Shown in pieces: positions 6,291 to 13,508 of a DNA stretch of 13,508 nt. The notes below the pieces were generated by a model. The model was not told the origin of the DNA, made no database searches, and saw only the letters and a list, made by a program, of their open reading frames with translations. Each line of letters starts with the position of its first letter. The first letter of the stretch is position 1. A program made the position numbers and the translations under genes. The stretch is from Armatimonadota bacterium (lineage in GTDB: Bacteria; Armatimonadota; Hebobacteria; CAIYQO01): assembly GCA_038248345.1 (NCBI GenBank), contig JBBRXO010000074.1, forward strand, positions 1-13,508. The letters run 5' to 3'.

Positions 6291-7817
6291 ATGACGGCCG
6301 GGTTTGATGATCTACAATTTGGTTGGGTGCAATTGGCCGCTGGTGATGCGCAAGGGGCATTGGAATATGCGGATACAGAGCTGGAACACGAACCGCAATC
6401 CCTAAGCGCTCTCTGGCTTCGTTGTCGTGCCCTGTGCGAATTAGCGAGCTATTCAGCAGCACTTGATACTTTTCGCCTCGCCTATCAGCTTTGGCGCTCG
6501 GAAGAAGAACATGATACCCTTCCCTATTTCAGCGCAGATTTCCGCCCGGAAGAGCTACTCGATATGCTCAACTTCATGCAGGGGCATATCACATTAGCTA
6601 CCGAAGACCTGATTATCCGCGCCGAGTTAGAAGAAGAATTGGGCGATTACGATCAAGCACAATATACCTTGATGGCCTTATTACAAACGGATTCGCAATC
6701 AATGGAGGCGTGGGAATTACTGGCAGACGTTCTTAGCTATTCCGACATCGATGCCGCTAATGAAGCCCTAGGACATGCGCTGGCGCTCGACCCTGATCAT
6801 CCACCGCTACATGCTTTGCAGGGATTTATCCATTACCACCGCCGACGTTACCGCGCGGCCATTGCCGAATACCGCCAGGCCATGCGCAATATGCCCCTCA
6901 CACCGGATAATTTTGAATTGCTGGTCTTCGCTCATCTGAAATTAGACGAGCGAGCAGCAGCATTAGAACTGGTGAAATCGTTGACCGAAGGCCTGCCGAA
7001 TGATGTATCGGCTCACCAATTCGCCGTGGAGATAGCGTTGGACTGCGAAGATACTACATTGGCAAACAAATTCACCACCCACTTGCTGCGCATGGAACCC
7101 AGTTCTCCGGCAACCTACTCCTACCACGCCTGGGTGGATATCCGCAATGGTAACTGGGATACCGCCAAACGTATTCTGCACCTGGGATTCCACAAGGCGG
7201 TAGATGGCCCATATGCACTATATGATCTAGTGGATCTTCTGCTGGACGACGGAAATATTGAAGATGCACTTCGAGTTGCCGAGTACGCCGTGGAACTCTC
7301 CCCCATTGACCCGGAGGCGCATGTTGCCCACGGCAAAGCGCTACGCGAGCTAGGCGCTTATGATAGCGCACTGGAGGCTATGCAACGGGCGGCGATGCTT
7401 GACCCCGACGATCTGATATATACTACCTGGGTCGGGATCGGCTGGGATAATACCGGCCACCCGGAAAAAGCCATTATAATATATGATGATGTACTCACCA
7501 CCCGTCCAGATGATGTGTGGACGCTAAGCAATCGCGGACTAGCCTACTTATCCATGCGCGACGGCTTGTTGGCTGAAGTAGACTTTACCGATGCAATCGC
7601 CCAGGATGCGCAATATGGCGCGTTATTCTTCTGGCGCGCTTGCGCCCACTGCCTGCAACTGGATTATGAAGAAGCTGAAATTGATCTATGCCGGGCACTG
7701 GATCTGGATGACGAAATACAGCATTGGCTGCAGCATGAACCCTTGCTGGATAGTATGCGGGCCGACCAACGTTTCGCAGAACTATTCCACCAGGTAGAAA
7801 GCGAGCCAGGAACATGA
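6291..7817 (+). CDS. Tetratricopeptide repeat protein, ~508 aa
   Basis: Many TPR-like units (ALALDPDH, AVELSPIDPEAHVAHGKAL, AAMLDPDD, NRGLAYL) and a C-terminal cap LDSMRADQRFAEL. Start moved from 6177 to ATG 6291 because of SD GGAGG at 6282-6286 and the upstream -10. Confidence 0.85.
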   Translation: MTAGFDDLQFGWVQLAAGDAQGALEYADTELEHEPQSLSALWLRCRALCELASYSAALDTFRLAYQLWRSEEEHDTLPYFSADFRPEELLDMLNFMQGHITLATEDLIIRAELEEELGDYDQAQYTLMALLQTDSQSMEAWELLADVLSYSDIDAANEALGHALALDPDHPPLHALQGFIHYHRRRYRAAIAEYRQAMRNMPLTPDNFELLVFAHLKLDERAAALELVKSLTEGLPNDVSAHQFAVEIALDCEDTTLANKFTTHLLRMEPSSPATYSYHAWVDIRNGNWDTAKRILHLGFHKAVDGPYALYDLVDLLLDDGNIEDALRVAEYAVELSPIDPEAHVAHGKALRELGAYDSALEAMQRAAMLDPDDLIYTTWVGIGWDNTGHPEKAIIIYDDVLTTRPDDVWTLSNRGLAYLSMRDGLLAEVDFTDAIAQDAQYGALFFWRACAHCLQLDYEEAEIDLCRALDLDDEIQHWLQHEPLLDSMRADQRFAELFHQVESEPGT

Positions 7818-9436
7818 CGGATACATGGCCCGCTATTTCACTGGCGCAGGTTGATCGTAGTAACCACCTGCTGCAGGCATACCTGGACGTCACGCCAGCA
7901 GTGCGTGCACTCTTCGCCCAACAACCAGAAAACCTGACGCAGATCGCCAACACACCGCGCGCTGGCGCCGACCGGGCGCTGCTGGTGGCAGAGTTGCTGG
8001 ATTACCAGACTTTGCTCGGATCAGCTCCTGCCGCCGCCGCCAATATCCGTTTGCTTGCTGACCGCACAACACCGGTGATTACCGCCGGGCAGCAACCGGG
8101 TCTGCTCACCGGGGCGCTTTACACACCGTATAAAGCCCTCACCGCCATCAATGTCGCCCAGCGTTTATGCACTGTGCTGGGGCGTCCGGTCGTCCCCCTC
8201 TTCTGGCTGGGGTCTGATGATGACGACCGCGCCGAAGTTGACCATTGTGGCTGGCGTGACTATGCTGGCGATATTGCCACTATTCAATACCCCACCGAAG
8301 GCGGCCGACCCGGCATACCGGTGGGCGACTTGCCGCTGGGTGAAGCAGGAGCGGCAGTGCTGGCCCAACTGCAGCCGCTCCTCGCCGGACAACCATATGC
8401 CGCTCATGTTGAAAAAATACTCACAGAGACGTTGGCCGCAAGCGCTGACTTCGGTGAATGGTGCGCACGGCTGCTAACGCAACTGTTCTCCAGCATGGGG
8501 CTAGTCATCTGCGACCCACGCCGACCCGCCATGCGCCGATTAGCGAGTGAGGTATTACTCCGTGAGATCGCTGCGCCGCTAGCCACCACACGTGCATTGG
8601 CCGCCCGCGTGGAGGAGATTCATGCACTTGGCTATCACCCGGCACTCACTAAACCATTGGATGTGTGCAATTTCTTCCTGCTGGAGGGTGGGCGGCAACG
8701 GGTGACCTTCACCGAGGGACAGTTCCACTGTGCTGGTATCAGCTATACTCCCGCCGCGATGTTGCGCCTCGCCACCGAATCCCCCAATATTCTCATCCCC
8801 AACGCGGTACTACGCCCGCTAGTGCAGGAGCATATCTTTGGCAGCAGCGCTTTCATCGCCGGGCCTAACGAACTATGCTACTGGGCAGAATTGGCGCCAG
8901 TCTTCGCCGTGCTGGACATCCCCATGCCCGCAGTCATCCCCCGCGCTGGGGCCACGCTCACCCGTTCACACGCCGTCCGCGCACTGCGCCATTGGGGAGC
9001 GGAGCCCGTTGACTTACTACATAAATATGAGGAGCTACGCGCAACCCAGCTTCGTGCCGCCGCCCCACCGGAGAGCGCGCTAGCATTCTCCCGCGCGCGA
9101 TTGTTAGTAGATGAGTTGGGCGCCACGCTGGAACACGCTGCCGGTGCCGTGGATGTCACACTGGCGCAGTCGGCCCAGGGGATGCGGCAACGGTTGCTGA
9201 ATGAAGTGGAAAAACTGGAACACAAAACGCTGAAAGCAGTAGACCGCCGCACCGGCGAGATCACCGCCAAACTGCAGCAAACGCGCACAGCGCTCTTCCC
9301 CAATAACGGCCTGCAGGAACGCACGCTCAATCTTTTCAGCGTTATGGCGCACACCGGCCCAGAAGTGGTAGATGTGCTGAAGAACAAACTGGATGGCAAT
9401 GAAGGCAAACACGTCTTCATTGAACTTGAAAATTAA
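7814..9436 (+). CDS. bshC: Bacillithiol biosynthesis cysteine-adding enzyme BshC homolog, 540 aa
   Basis: TAGQQPGLLTGALYTPYKAL, PVVPLFW.GSD.D..EVDH, PNAVLRPLVQE, AGP.ELCYWAEL, a coiled-coil region, and LFPNNGLQERTLN. ATGA overlap with the TPR gene. Confidence 0.9.
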   Translation: MTDTWPAISLAQVDRSNHLLQAYLDVTPAVRALFAQQPENLTQIANTPRAGADRALLVAELLDYQTLLGSAPAAAANIRLLADRTTPVITAGQQPGLLTGALYTPYKALTAINVAQRLCTVLGRPVVPLFWLGSDDDDRAEVDHCGWRDYAGDIATIQYPTEGGRPGIPVGDLPLGEAGAAVLAQLQPLLAGQPYAAHVEKILTETLAASADFGEWCARLLTQLFSSMGLVICDPRRPAMRRLASEVLLREIAAPLATTRALAARVEEIHALGYHPALTKPLDVCNFFLLEGGRQRVTFTEGQFHCAGISYTPAAMLRLATESPNILIPNAVLRPLVQEHIFGSSAFIAGPNELCYWAELAPVFAVLDIPMPAVIPRAGATLTRSHAVRALRHWGAEPVDLLHKYEELRATQLRAAAPPESALAFSRARLLVDELGATLEHAAGAVDVTLAQSAQGMRQRLLNEVEKLEHKTLKAVDRRTGEITAKLQQTRTALFPNNGLQERTLNLFSVMAHTGPEVVDVLKNKLDGNEGKHVFIELEN

Positions 9437-9507
9437 ACCACGAAGACACAAAGGCACAAAGGCACGAAGAAAGATATCTCTCTTTGTGCCTTTGTGTCTT
9501 CGTGGTT
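9436..9507. repeat. 26 bp perfect inverted repeat built from 8-bp tandem units; probable bidirectional terminator
   Basis: AACCACGAAGACACAAAGGCACAAAG (9436-9461) and its exact reverse complement at 9482-9507. Unit NCACRAAG occurs 4 times on the left and 3 on the right. Lies between convergent stop codons. Confidence 0.9.
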
Positions 9508-9519
9508 AATGAAAAAATA

Positions 9520-10632
9520 CTACTTCCCGAATATCCCCAGACACTCTTTCAACTGCTTGCGGATTTCGATTTTCTGCGGGCAATGCTCTTCGCAAGCGCC
9601 ACATTCGATGCAAGCATCAGCTTTTTTGCCCTTCACCCAATCATTGGCCCCAATCTGATCATAGGCTTGCTGGGCTGGCTCTTTGATGCCGTAAACTCGA
9701 CGCTGATTCATCGCCGCGAAGATGGCCGGGATATTCACCTTCTCTGGACAATACGGAAGACAGTAGTTGCAACCAGTACAATACAACTCCGCCAGGCGCT
9801 TGTTCTCCTCCATGGCGGCGTTGATGCCAGTTACTTCCGTTTCGCTCAACGGGGCGGTGTTGGAGGCAATGGCGCAATTCTCTTCCACCTGCTCCAGCGT
9901 GCTCATACCGCTGATGGCACAATCGACATTCTGGTTGGCGAAAACAAAACGCAAGGCCAATTCGGCGCTGCTCTTCACCTGCACACCCAGTCTCTTCGCC
10001 ATTTCCGGGTCCATACCCGCGATGCGCCCGCCGCCAACCGGCCCCATGACGACAGTTCCCAGTCCCTTCTCTTTCGCGTAAGCCAACCCGGCTTCATTGG
10101 AACGATCGAGCAGATTATACTGGCACAGCACTGAAGAGAATATCCCCAGGTCGACGAGTTTCATCATTACTTCCGGCTTATCGTGGAAGCTGAAGCTCAG
10201 GTGCTTGATCAGCCCCTGTTCTTTCGCCTTCATCGCATCTGCCACCGCGCTCTCCCAAAGTTCATGTTCCAGCGACTTCTCGCCGATGCCGTGAAAATGG
10301 TAGACGTCGAGGTATTCCACATCCAACTTCTTTAACTGCGTCTCCAGAGTCTCCAGCAGCGGGCCATTGAAAGGGTACTTGGTAGACAGGTAAACCTTGT
10401 CGCGCCAGCCTTTCAGCGCTTTACCTACGGTGTTTTCACTGATGCCATCGCAATAGAACCAGGCAGTGTCGATATAATTCACCCCTTGCTCAAATGCCCG
10501 ATGGATCATCGGTATCGCCAGTTCGTCATTTACGACGTTCTTGCCATCTACACTCATCATCGGCAGGCGCATGGCGCCAAAACCCAGACGGGATATATTC
10601 ATCCCAGTATTGCCAAATTTACGGTATTCCAT
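9520..10632 (-). CDS. Aldo/keto reductase with C-terminal 4Fe-4S dicluster domain (COG1453-like), ~370 aa
   Basis: MEYRKFG..LGFGAMRLP, GVNYIDTAWFY, LSTK, DVYHFH, and C-terminal CTGCNYCLPYCP and CIECGACEEHCPQ. Start moved to ATG 10632 (G-rich SD at 10642-10637). Confidence 0.92.
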   Translation of the reverse strand: MEYRKFGNTGMNISRLGFGAMRLPMMSVDGKNVVNDELAIPMIHRAFEQGVNYIDTAWFYCDGISENTVGKALKGWRDKVYLSTKYPFNGPLLETLETQLKKLDVEYLDVYHFHGIGEKSLEHELWESAVADAMKAKEQGLIKHLSFSFHDKPEVMMKLVDLGIFSSVLCQYNLLDRSNEAGLAYAKEKGLGTVVMGPVGGGRIAGMDPEMAKRLGVQVKSSAELALRFVFANQNVDCAISGMSTLEQVEENCAIASNTAPLSETEVTGINAAMEENKRLAELYCTGCNYCLPYCPEKVNIPAIFAAMNQRRVYGIKEPAQQAYDQIGANDWVKGKKADACIECGACEEHCPQKIEIRKQLKECLGIFGK

Positions 10633-10710
10633 TTTTCCCCCCAGATTTTTCTCTGTTGTAATATTCAATTTCGCCACGTAAAAGTTTTTTCCTGCAAAAA
10701 AATGAGGACT

Positions 10711-10763
10711 AATTACGAATTACTAGGGGCCTCGTAATTTGTAATTCTCAATTCGGAATTCTG
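10711..10763. repeat. Heptamer tandem/inverted repeat (AATTACG / TTCGTAA type)
   Basis: AATTACG-AATTACT-AG (10711-10726) faces CTCGTAA-TTTGTAA-TTCTCAA-TTCGGAA-TT. The arms match 14/16 as an inverted repeat. Confidence 0.7.
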
Positions 10764-10817
10764 CCACCCAAACGCATTCGTTTAGCTTATTTTCCACGTA
10801 TACAATTCTCAGATATC

Positions 10818-10826
10818 TGGTAAAAT
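10818..10826 (+). promoter_or_regulatory. Putative extended -10 promoter of the lipoprotein gene
   Basis: TG-G-TAAAAT upstream of SD GGGAGG (10832-10837). An alternative -10, TACAAT, lies at 10801-10806. Confidence 0.4.
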
Positions 10827-10845
10827 AATGTGGGAGGGCAGAAAA

Positions 10846-11469
10846 ATGCGAAGAATTTCATTGTTGTTGCTGCTACTTGGAATTGCAGTTTTTATATCAG
10901 GATGCGGTGGGCGATCCAGCGGGTGGCGAGCGAAGATTACAGATACCGAAGGCAAGCCGATAAATCGGGCAAAACTATGCGTCTGGCAGTATCCGCTAAC
11001 GAGCAAAAATCCCGACCAGGAATTGGGACAGATAACTTCCGCCTGGAGCCAGGGCAAGCTGGCAATGCGCGGATGGTTTTTCTATAGCGGTACGGATGGT
11101 AATGTTATCTGTAACGGCATTCCGGTAGGGCGTGAGGTAGTAGATGCCTACGTCCCCGGCTATACCGTGCGCTCCCCCAGGCGCGACCGGGTACGTATCG
11201 TATGGCGACGTGACCGCAATGGCCATGTTGAGCGGACATACGAATACCAGGATAATGATAACTACGTCTATGTGCCGCCGGTGACGTATTCTCACTGGAA
11301 ACCAGGCGAATGGTTGGGTGTTATCGTCACCGCTGAAGGTTATGACCCCTATTCTTTTACTTTCAAACCCGATAGTGAAAGCGGCAGTTTAGGGACAATC
11401 CAGATGATCAGAGCGGATAACATGCCAACCACATTACCGCCGGCATCTGCAGAAAATAATGGAGGATAA
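10846..11469 (+). CDS. Hypothetical lipoprotein with carboxypeptidase-regulatory-like beta-sandwich, ~207 aa
   Basis: SD GGGAGG. Signal peptide MRRISLLLLLLGIAVF with lipobox ISG-C20. ITDTEGKPI..A, GTDGN and VTAEGYDP resemble CarboxypepD_reg-like domains. Confidence 0.75.
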   Translation: MRRISLLLLLLGIAVFISGCGGRSSGWRAKITDTEGKPINRAKLCVWQYPLTSKNPDQELGQITSAWSQGKLAMRGWFFYSGTDGNVICNGIPVGREVVDAYVPGYTVRSPRRDRVRIVWRRDRNGHVERTYEYQDNDNYVYVPPVTYSHWKPGEWLGVIVTAEGYDPYSFTFKPDSESGSLGTIQMIRADNMPTTLPPASAENNGG

Positions 11470-11499
11470 TAACTCCTCGGTCTTATTCTGAACGATCTG

Positions 11500-11540
11500 C
11501 TAACTCGTAGGGGCGTGCAATGCACGCCCCTACGAGTTAG
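11500..11540. repeat. Perfect 41 bp palindrome with GTAG REP-like core
   Basis: CTAACTCGTAGGGGCGTGCA-A-TGCACGCCCCTACGAGTTAG: exact 20 bp arms, 1 nt centre, core GTAGGGGCG...CGCCCCTAC. Confidence 0.9.
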
Positions 11541-11570
11541 ACTGCGTGTTGCTGCTGCGTCTTCACCGCA

Positions 11571-11600
11571 TTGTATTCCTTACACGATAAATGGTACTAT
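11571..11600 (+). promoter_or_regulatory. Putative promoter of the ABC exporter operon
   Basis: TTGTAT (11571-11576), 18 bp spacer, TACTAT (11595-11600), with extended TG at 11592-11593. Confidence 0.55.
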
Positions 11601-11628
11601 TGAATCCTCAAAAAGCTCATCTACTACT

Positions 11629-13377
11629 ATGAAAATACCGCTGAAAGAATATTATGACATCCTGGTGAAGTACCTGCGTCAGCAGCGGGGGCGCTTTGCG
11701 TTGCTGGCGGCGCTGATGCTCACCAGTATCGGCCTGCAGGTGGTGAATCCGCAGATAATGCGCTATTTCATCGACGCGGCAAAAAGTGGCGCTACCGGGA
11801 ATGCATTGCTTATCGCGGCGGTGTTGTTCATCAGTCTGGCTATCATCCAGCAATTACTCTCCGTCTGGGCTACCTACACCGGTGAATATGTCGCCTGGGT
11901 GGCCACCAATGAACTGCGCAGCGACCTGGCGGAGCATTGCCTGGATTTGGATATGGAATTCCATAACGAAAAGAGTCCGGGCGAGTTCATCGAGCGTATC
12001 GAGGGTGACTCGCTGGAGTTTTCTAACTTCTTCTCGCAGCTGGTGCTCCTAGTGGTGGGCAATGCGCTACTTATGCTCGGCATCCTCGTAGCATTTTATC
12101 TAATCAACTGGCGGTTGGGCGTCATCTTTACGTTTTTCTCTATTGTGACTATGCTGGCGCTCAACCGCGTGCGCAATGTTGCCGTACCGTACCAGAAAGC
12201 CTTCCGTGATGCCAATACTGATCTATTCGGTTTTCTGGAGGAACGGCTGGCGGGAACGGAAGATATCCGCTCCAGTGGTGCGGTGAATTTTGTCATCAAC
12301 CGGCTGCTGCAGTTGCAACGGAAGATCTTCCTTTGCTGGACGGATGTGTCGCTGAAAATGATCTGGGTTCGTATCACTGCCGGGTTATTACTTGCAGGTG
12401 GCTTCGCCGCTGCGTTCATCAGTGGGTATTACCTGTACCGCGCCAACGTTATCACGCTGGGCGTCGTCTATATTGTGATCTACTACACCAGTCTGCTGGG
12501 GCGGCCTATCCGTGAGATCACCCAGCAGGTGGAGAACCTGCAGAATATCGGCGCCACCGTAGAACGCATGGCAGAGATTCTGGGGCAAAAGGGCACAATC
12601 ACCGATGGGCCGGGGGCGAAAATCCCCTCACCCGCGCCGCTGCCGCTGGAGTTCGCCCATGTGAACCACTCGTATGTAACAGAGAAGCAGGTGCTGCATG
12701 ACATCTCCTTCAAATTGGAGAGTGGCAAAATCCTTGGATTGCTGGGACGCACTGGCAGCGGCAAGACGACATTGGCACGGCTGGTCTTCCGCCTGTACGA
12801 TATCAATAGCGGCAATATTCTGCTGGCAGGCACAGATATCCGCGAGCTGAAGCTGGAAATGCTGCGCCACCGGGTGGCTTTCGTCACGCAGGACGTGCAA
12901 CTCTTTCAGGCCAGCGTGCGCGACAACATTACCTTCTTTGATAACAGCATCCCGGATAAACGAATAATGGAAGTGATCGAAGCGCTGGAACTGGGCGAAT
13001 GGTTCCGGGCATTGCCCAAGGGACTGGATACCCGCCTGGAGACAGGCGGGCGCAGCCTCTCCGCTGGAGAAGCACAGTTGCTGGCCTTCACCCGCGTCTT
13101 CCTGCGCGACCCGGGACTTGTGATCCTCGATGAAGCCAGTTCGCGCCTGGACCCGGCGACGGAGCAGCTAGTCGAGCGTGCTATTGATAAACTGCTGGAG
13201 AACCGCAGCGCCATCATCATCGCACACCGGCTGGGTACACTGCACCGTGTCCACGATATTATGATCCTCGAAGAAGGAAGCATCGTAGAGTGTGGTGACC
13301 GCAAGGCGCTGCTGGCGGACGAGAACTCCCGCTTCTACTCGTTGCACCAGACAGGACTGGAGAGTTTACTGGTCTAA
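11629..13377 (+). CDS. ABC exporter, fused TMD-NBD half transporter, ~582 aa
   Basis: N-terminal hydrophobic TM helices, Walker A GRTGSGKT, Q-loop VTQD, signature LSAGEAQ, Walker B VILDE, H-loop AHRL. Start moved from 11515 (inside the palindrome) to ATG 11629. Confidence 0.95.
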   Translation: MKIPLKEYYDILVKYLRQQRGRFALLAALMLTSIGLQVVNPQIMRYFIDAAKSGATGNALLIAAVLFISLAIIQQLLSVWATYTGEYVAWVATNELRSDLAEHCLDLDMEFHNEKSPGEFIERIEGDSLEFSNFFSQLVLLVVGNALLMLGILVAFYLINWRLGVIFTFFSIVTMLALNRVRNVAVPYQKAFRDANTDLFGFLEERLAGTEDIRSSGAVNFVINRLLQLQRKIFLCWTDVSLKMIWVRITAGLLLAGGFAAAFISGYYLYRANVITLGVVYIVIYYTSLLGRPIREITQQVENLQNIGATVERMAEILGQKGTITDGPGAKIPSPAPLPLEFAHVNHSYVTEKQVLHDISFKLESGKILGLLGRTGSGKTTLARLVFRLYDINSGNILLAGTDIRELKLEMLRHRVAFVTQDVQLFQASVRDNITFFDNSIPDKRIMEVIEALELGEWFRALPKGLDTRLETGGRSLSAGEAQLLAFTRVFLRDPGLVILDEASSRLDPATEQLVERAIDKLLENRSAIIIAHRLGTLHRVHDIMILEEGSIVECGDRKALLADENSRFYSLHQTGLESLLV

Positions 13378-13508
13378 TGACAACGACAACCATGAAAAGC
13401 TCAATACCGACTACCAGCACACGCCCCACCTGGTGGATCATCTGGCGGCTGATACGCTTCCGCTACGGCATCTTCCTGCTTAATATGGCCAGCATGACCT
13501 TCCTCATG
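13377..13508 (+). CDS. N-terminus of a probable partner ABC half transporter (partial)
   Basis: TAATG stop/start overlap and an open frame to the window end: MTTTTMKSSIPTTSTRPTWWIIWRLIRFRYGIFLLNMASMTFLM, an elbow-helix-like segment followed by a hydrophobic TM start. Alternative ATG at 13392. Not in the supplied ORF track. Confidence 0.75.
   Translation, partial: MTTTTMKSSIPTTSTRPTWWIIWRLIRFRYGIFLLNMASMTFLM

Noticed and set aside
8878..9420. 180 aa minus-strand ORF and other short antisense or nested ORFs
   Set aside because: Shadows of well-supported genes with no independent motifs or ribosome-binding sites.
9436..9507. CRISPR array or transposon end
   Set aside because: The 8-bp units are contiguous with no spacers, and there are no cas or transposase genes and no evident target-site duplication.
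9484..10134. 216 aa plus-strand ORF
   Set aside because: Antisense to the aldo/keto reductase and starts inside the palindrome.
10633..10677. GTG-initiated 15 aa extension of the aldo/keto reductase
   Set aside because: Family members typically begin at MxYRxxG, and a G-rich SD precedes ATG 10632.
11515..11628. 38 aa N-terminal extension of the ABC transporter
   Set aside because: Starts inside the REP-like palindrome and spans the predicted promoter.

Overview
Bacterial chromosomal window with no transposase, CRISPR array or tRNA that I can support. The left end is the 5' tip of a 16S rRNA gene on the minus strand, with its leader (boxA/boxB-like) and two tandem sigma70-type promoters. Then follow a GH106-like glycoside hydrolase (+), a panD-ROK-queG operon (-), a divergent TPR protein-bshC operon (+), an aldo/keto reductase with a C-terminal Fe-S domain (-), a lipoprotein (+), and two coupled ABC exporter genes (+, the second cut by the window end). 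Intergenic gaps carry several unrelated palindromic elements: GTAG REP-like, 8-mer based and 7-mer based. The most unusual signal is in the rRNA leader. Each promoter is followed by a homologous ~70-75 nt unit ending in a terminator-like hairpin plus U-tract, and stem ends and spacing are conserved between copies while the loops have diverged. This suggests an attenuation/antitermination checkpoint or two small RNAs. All calls come from motif recognition by eye; no database searches were run.
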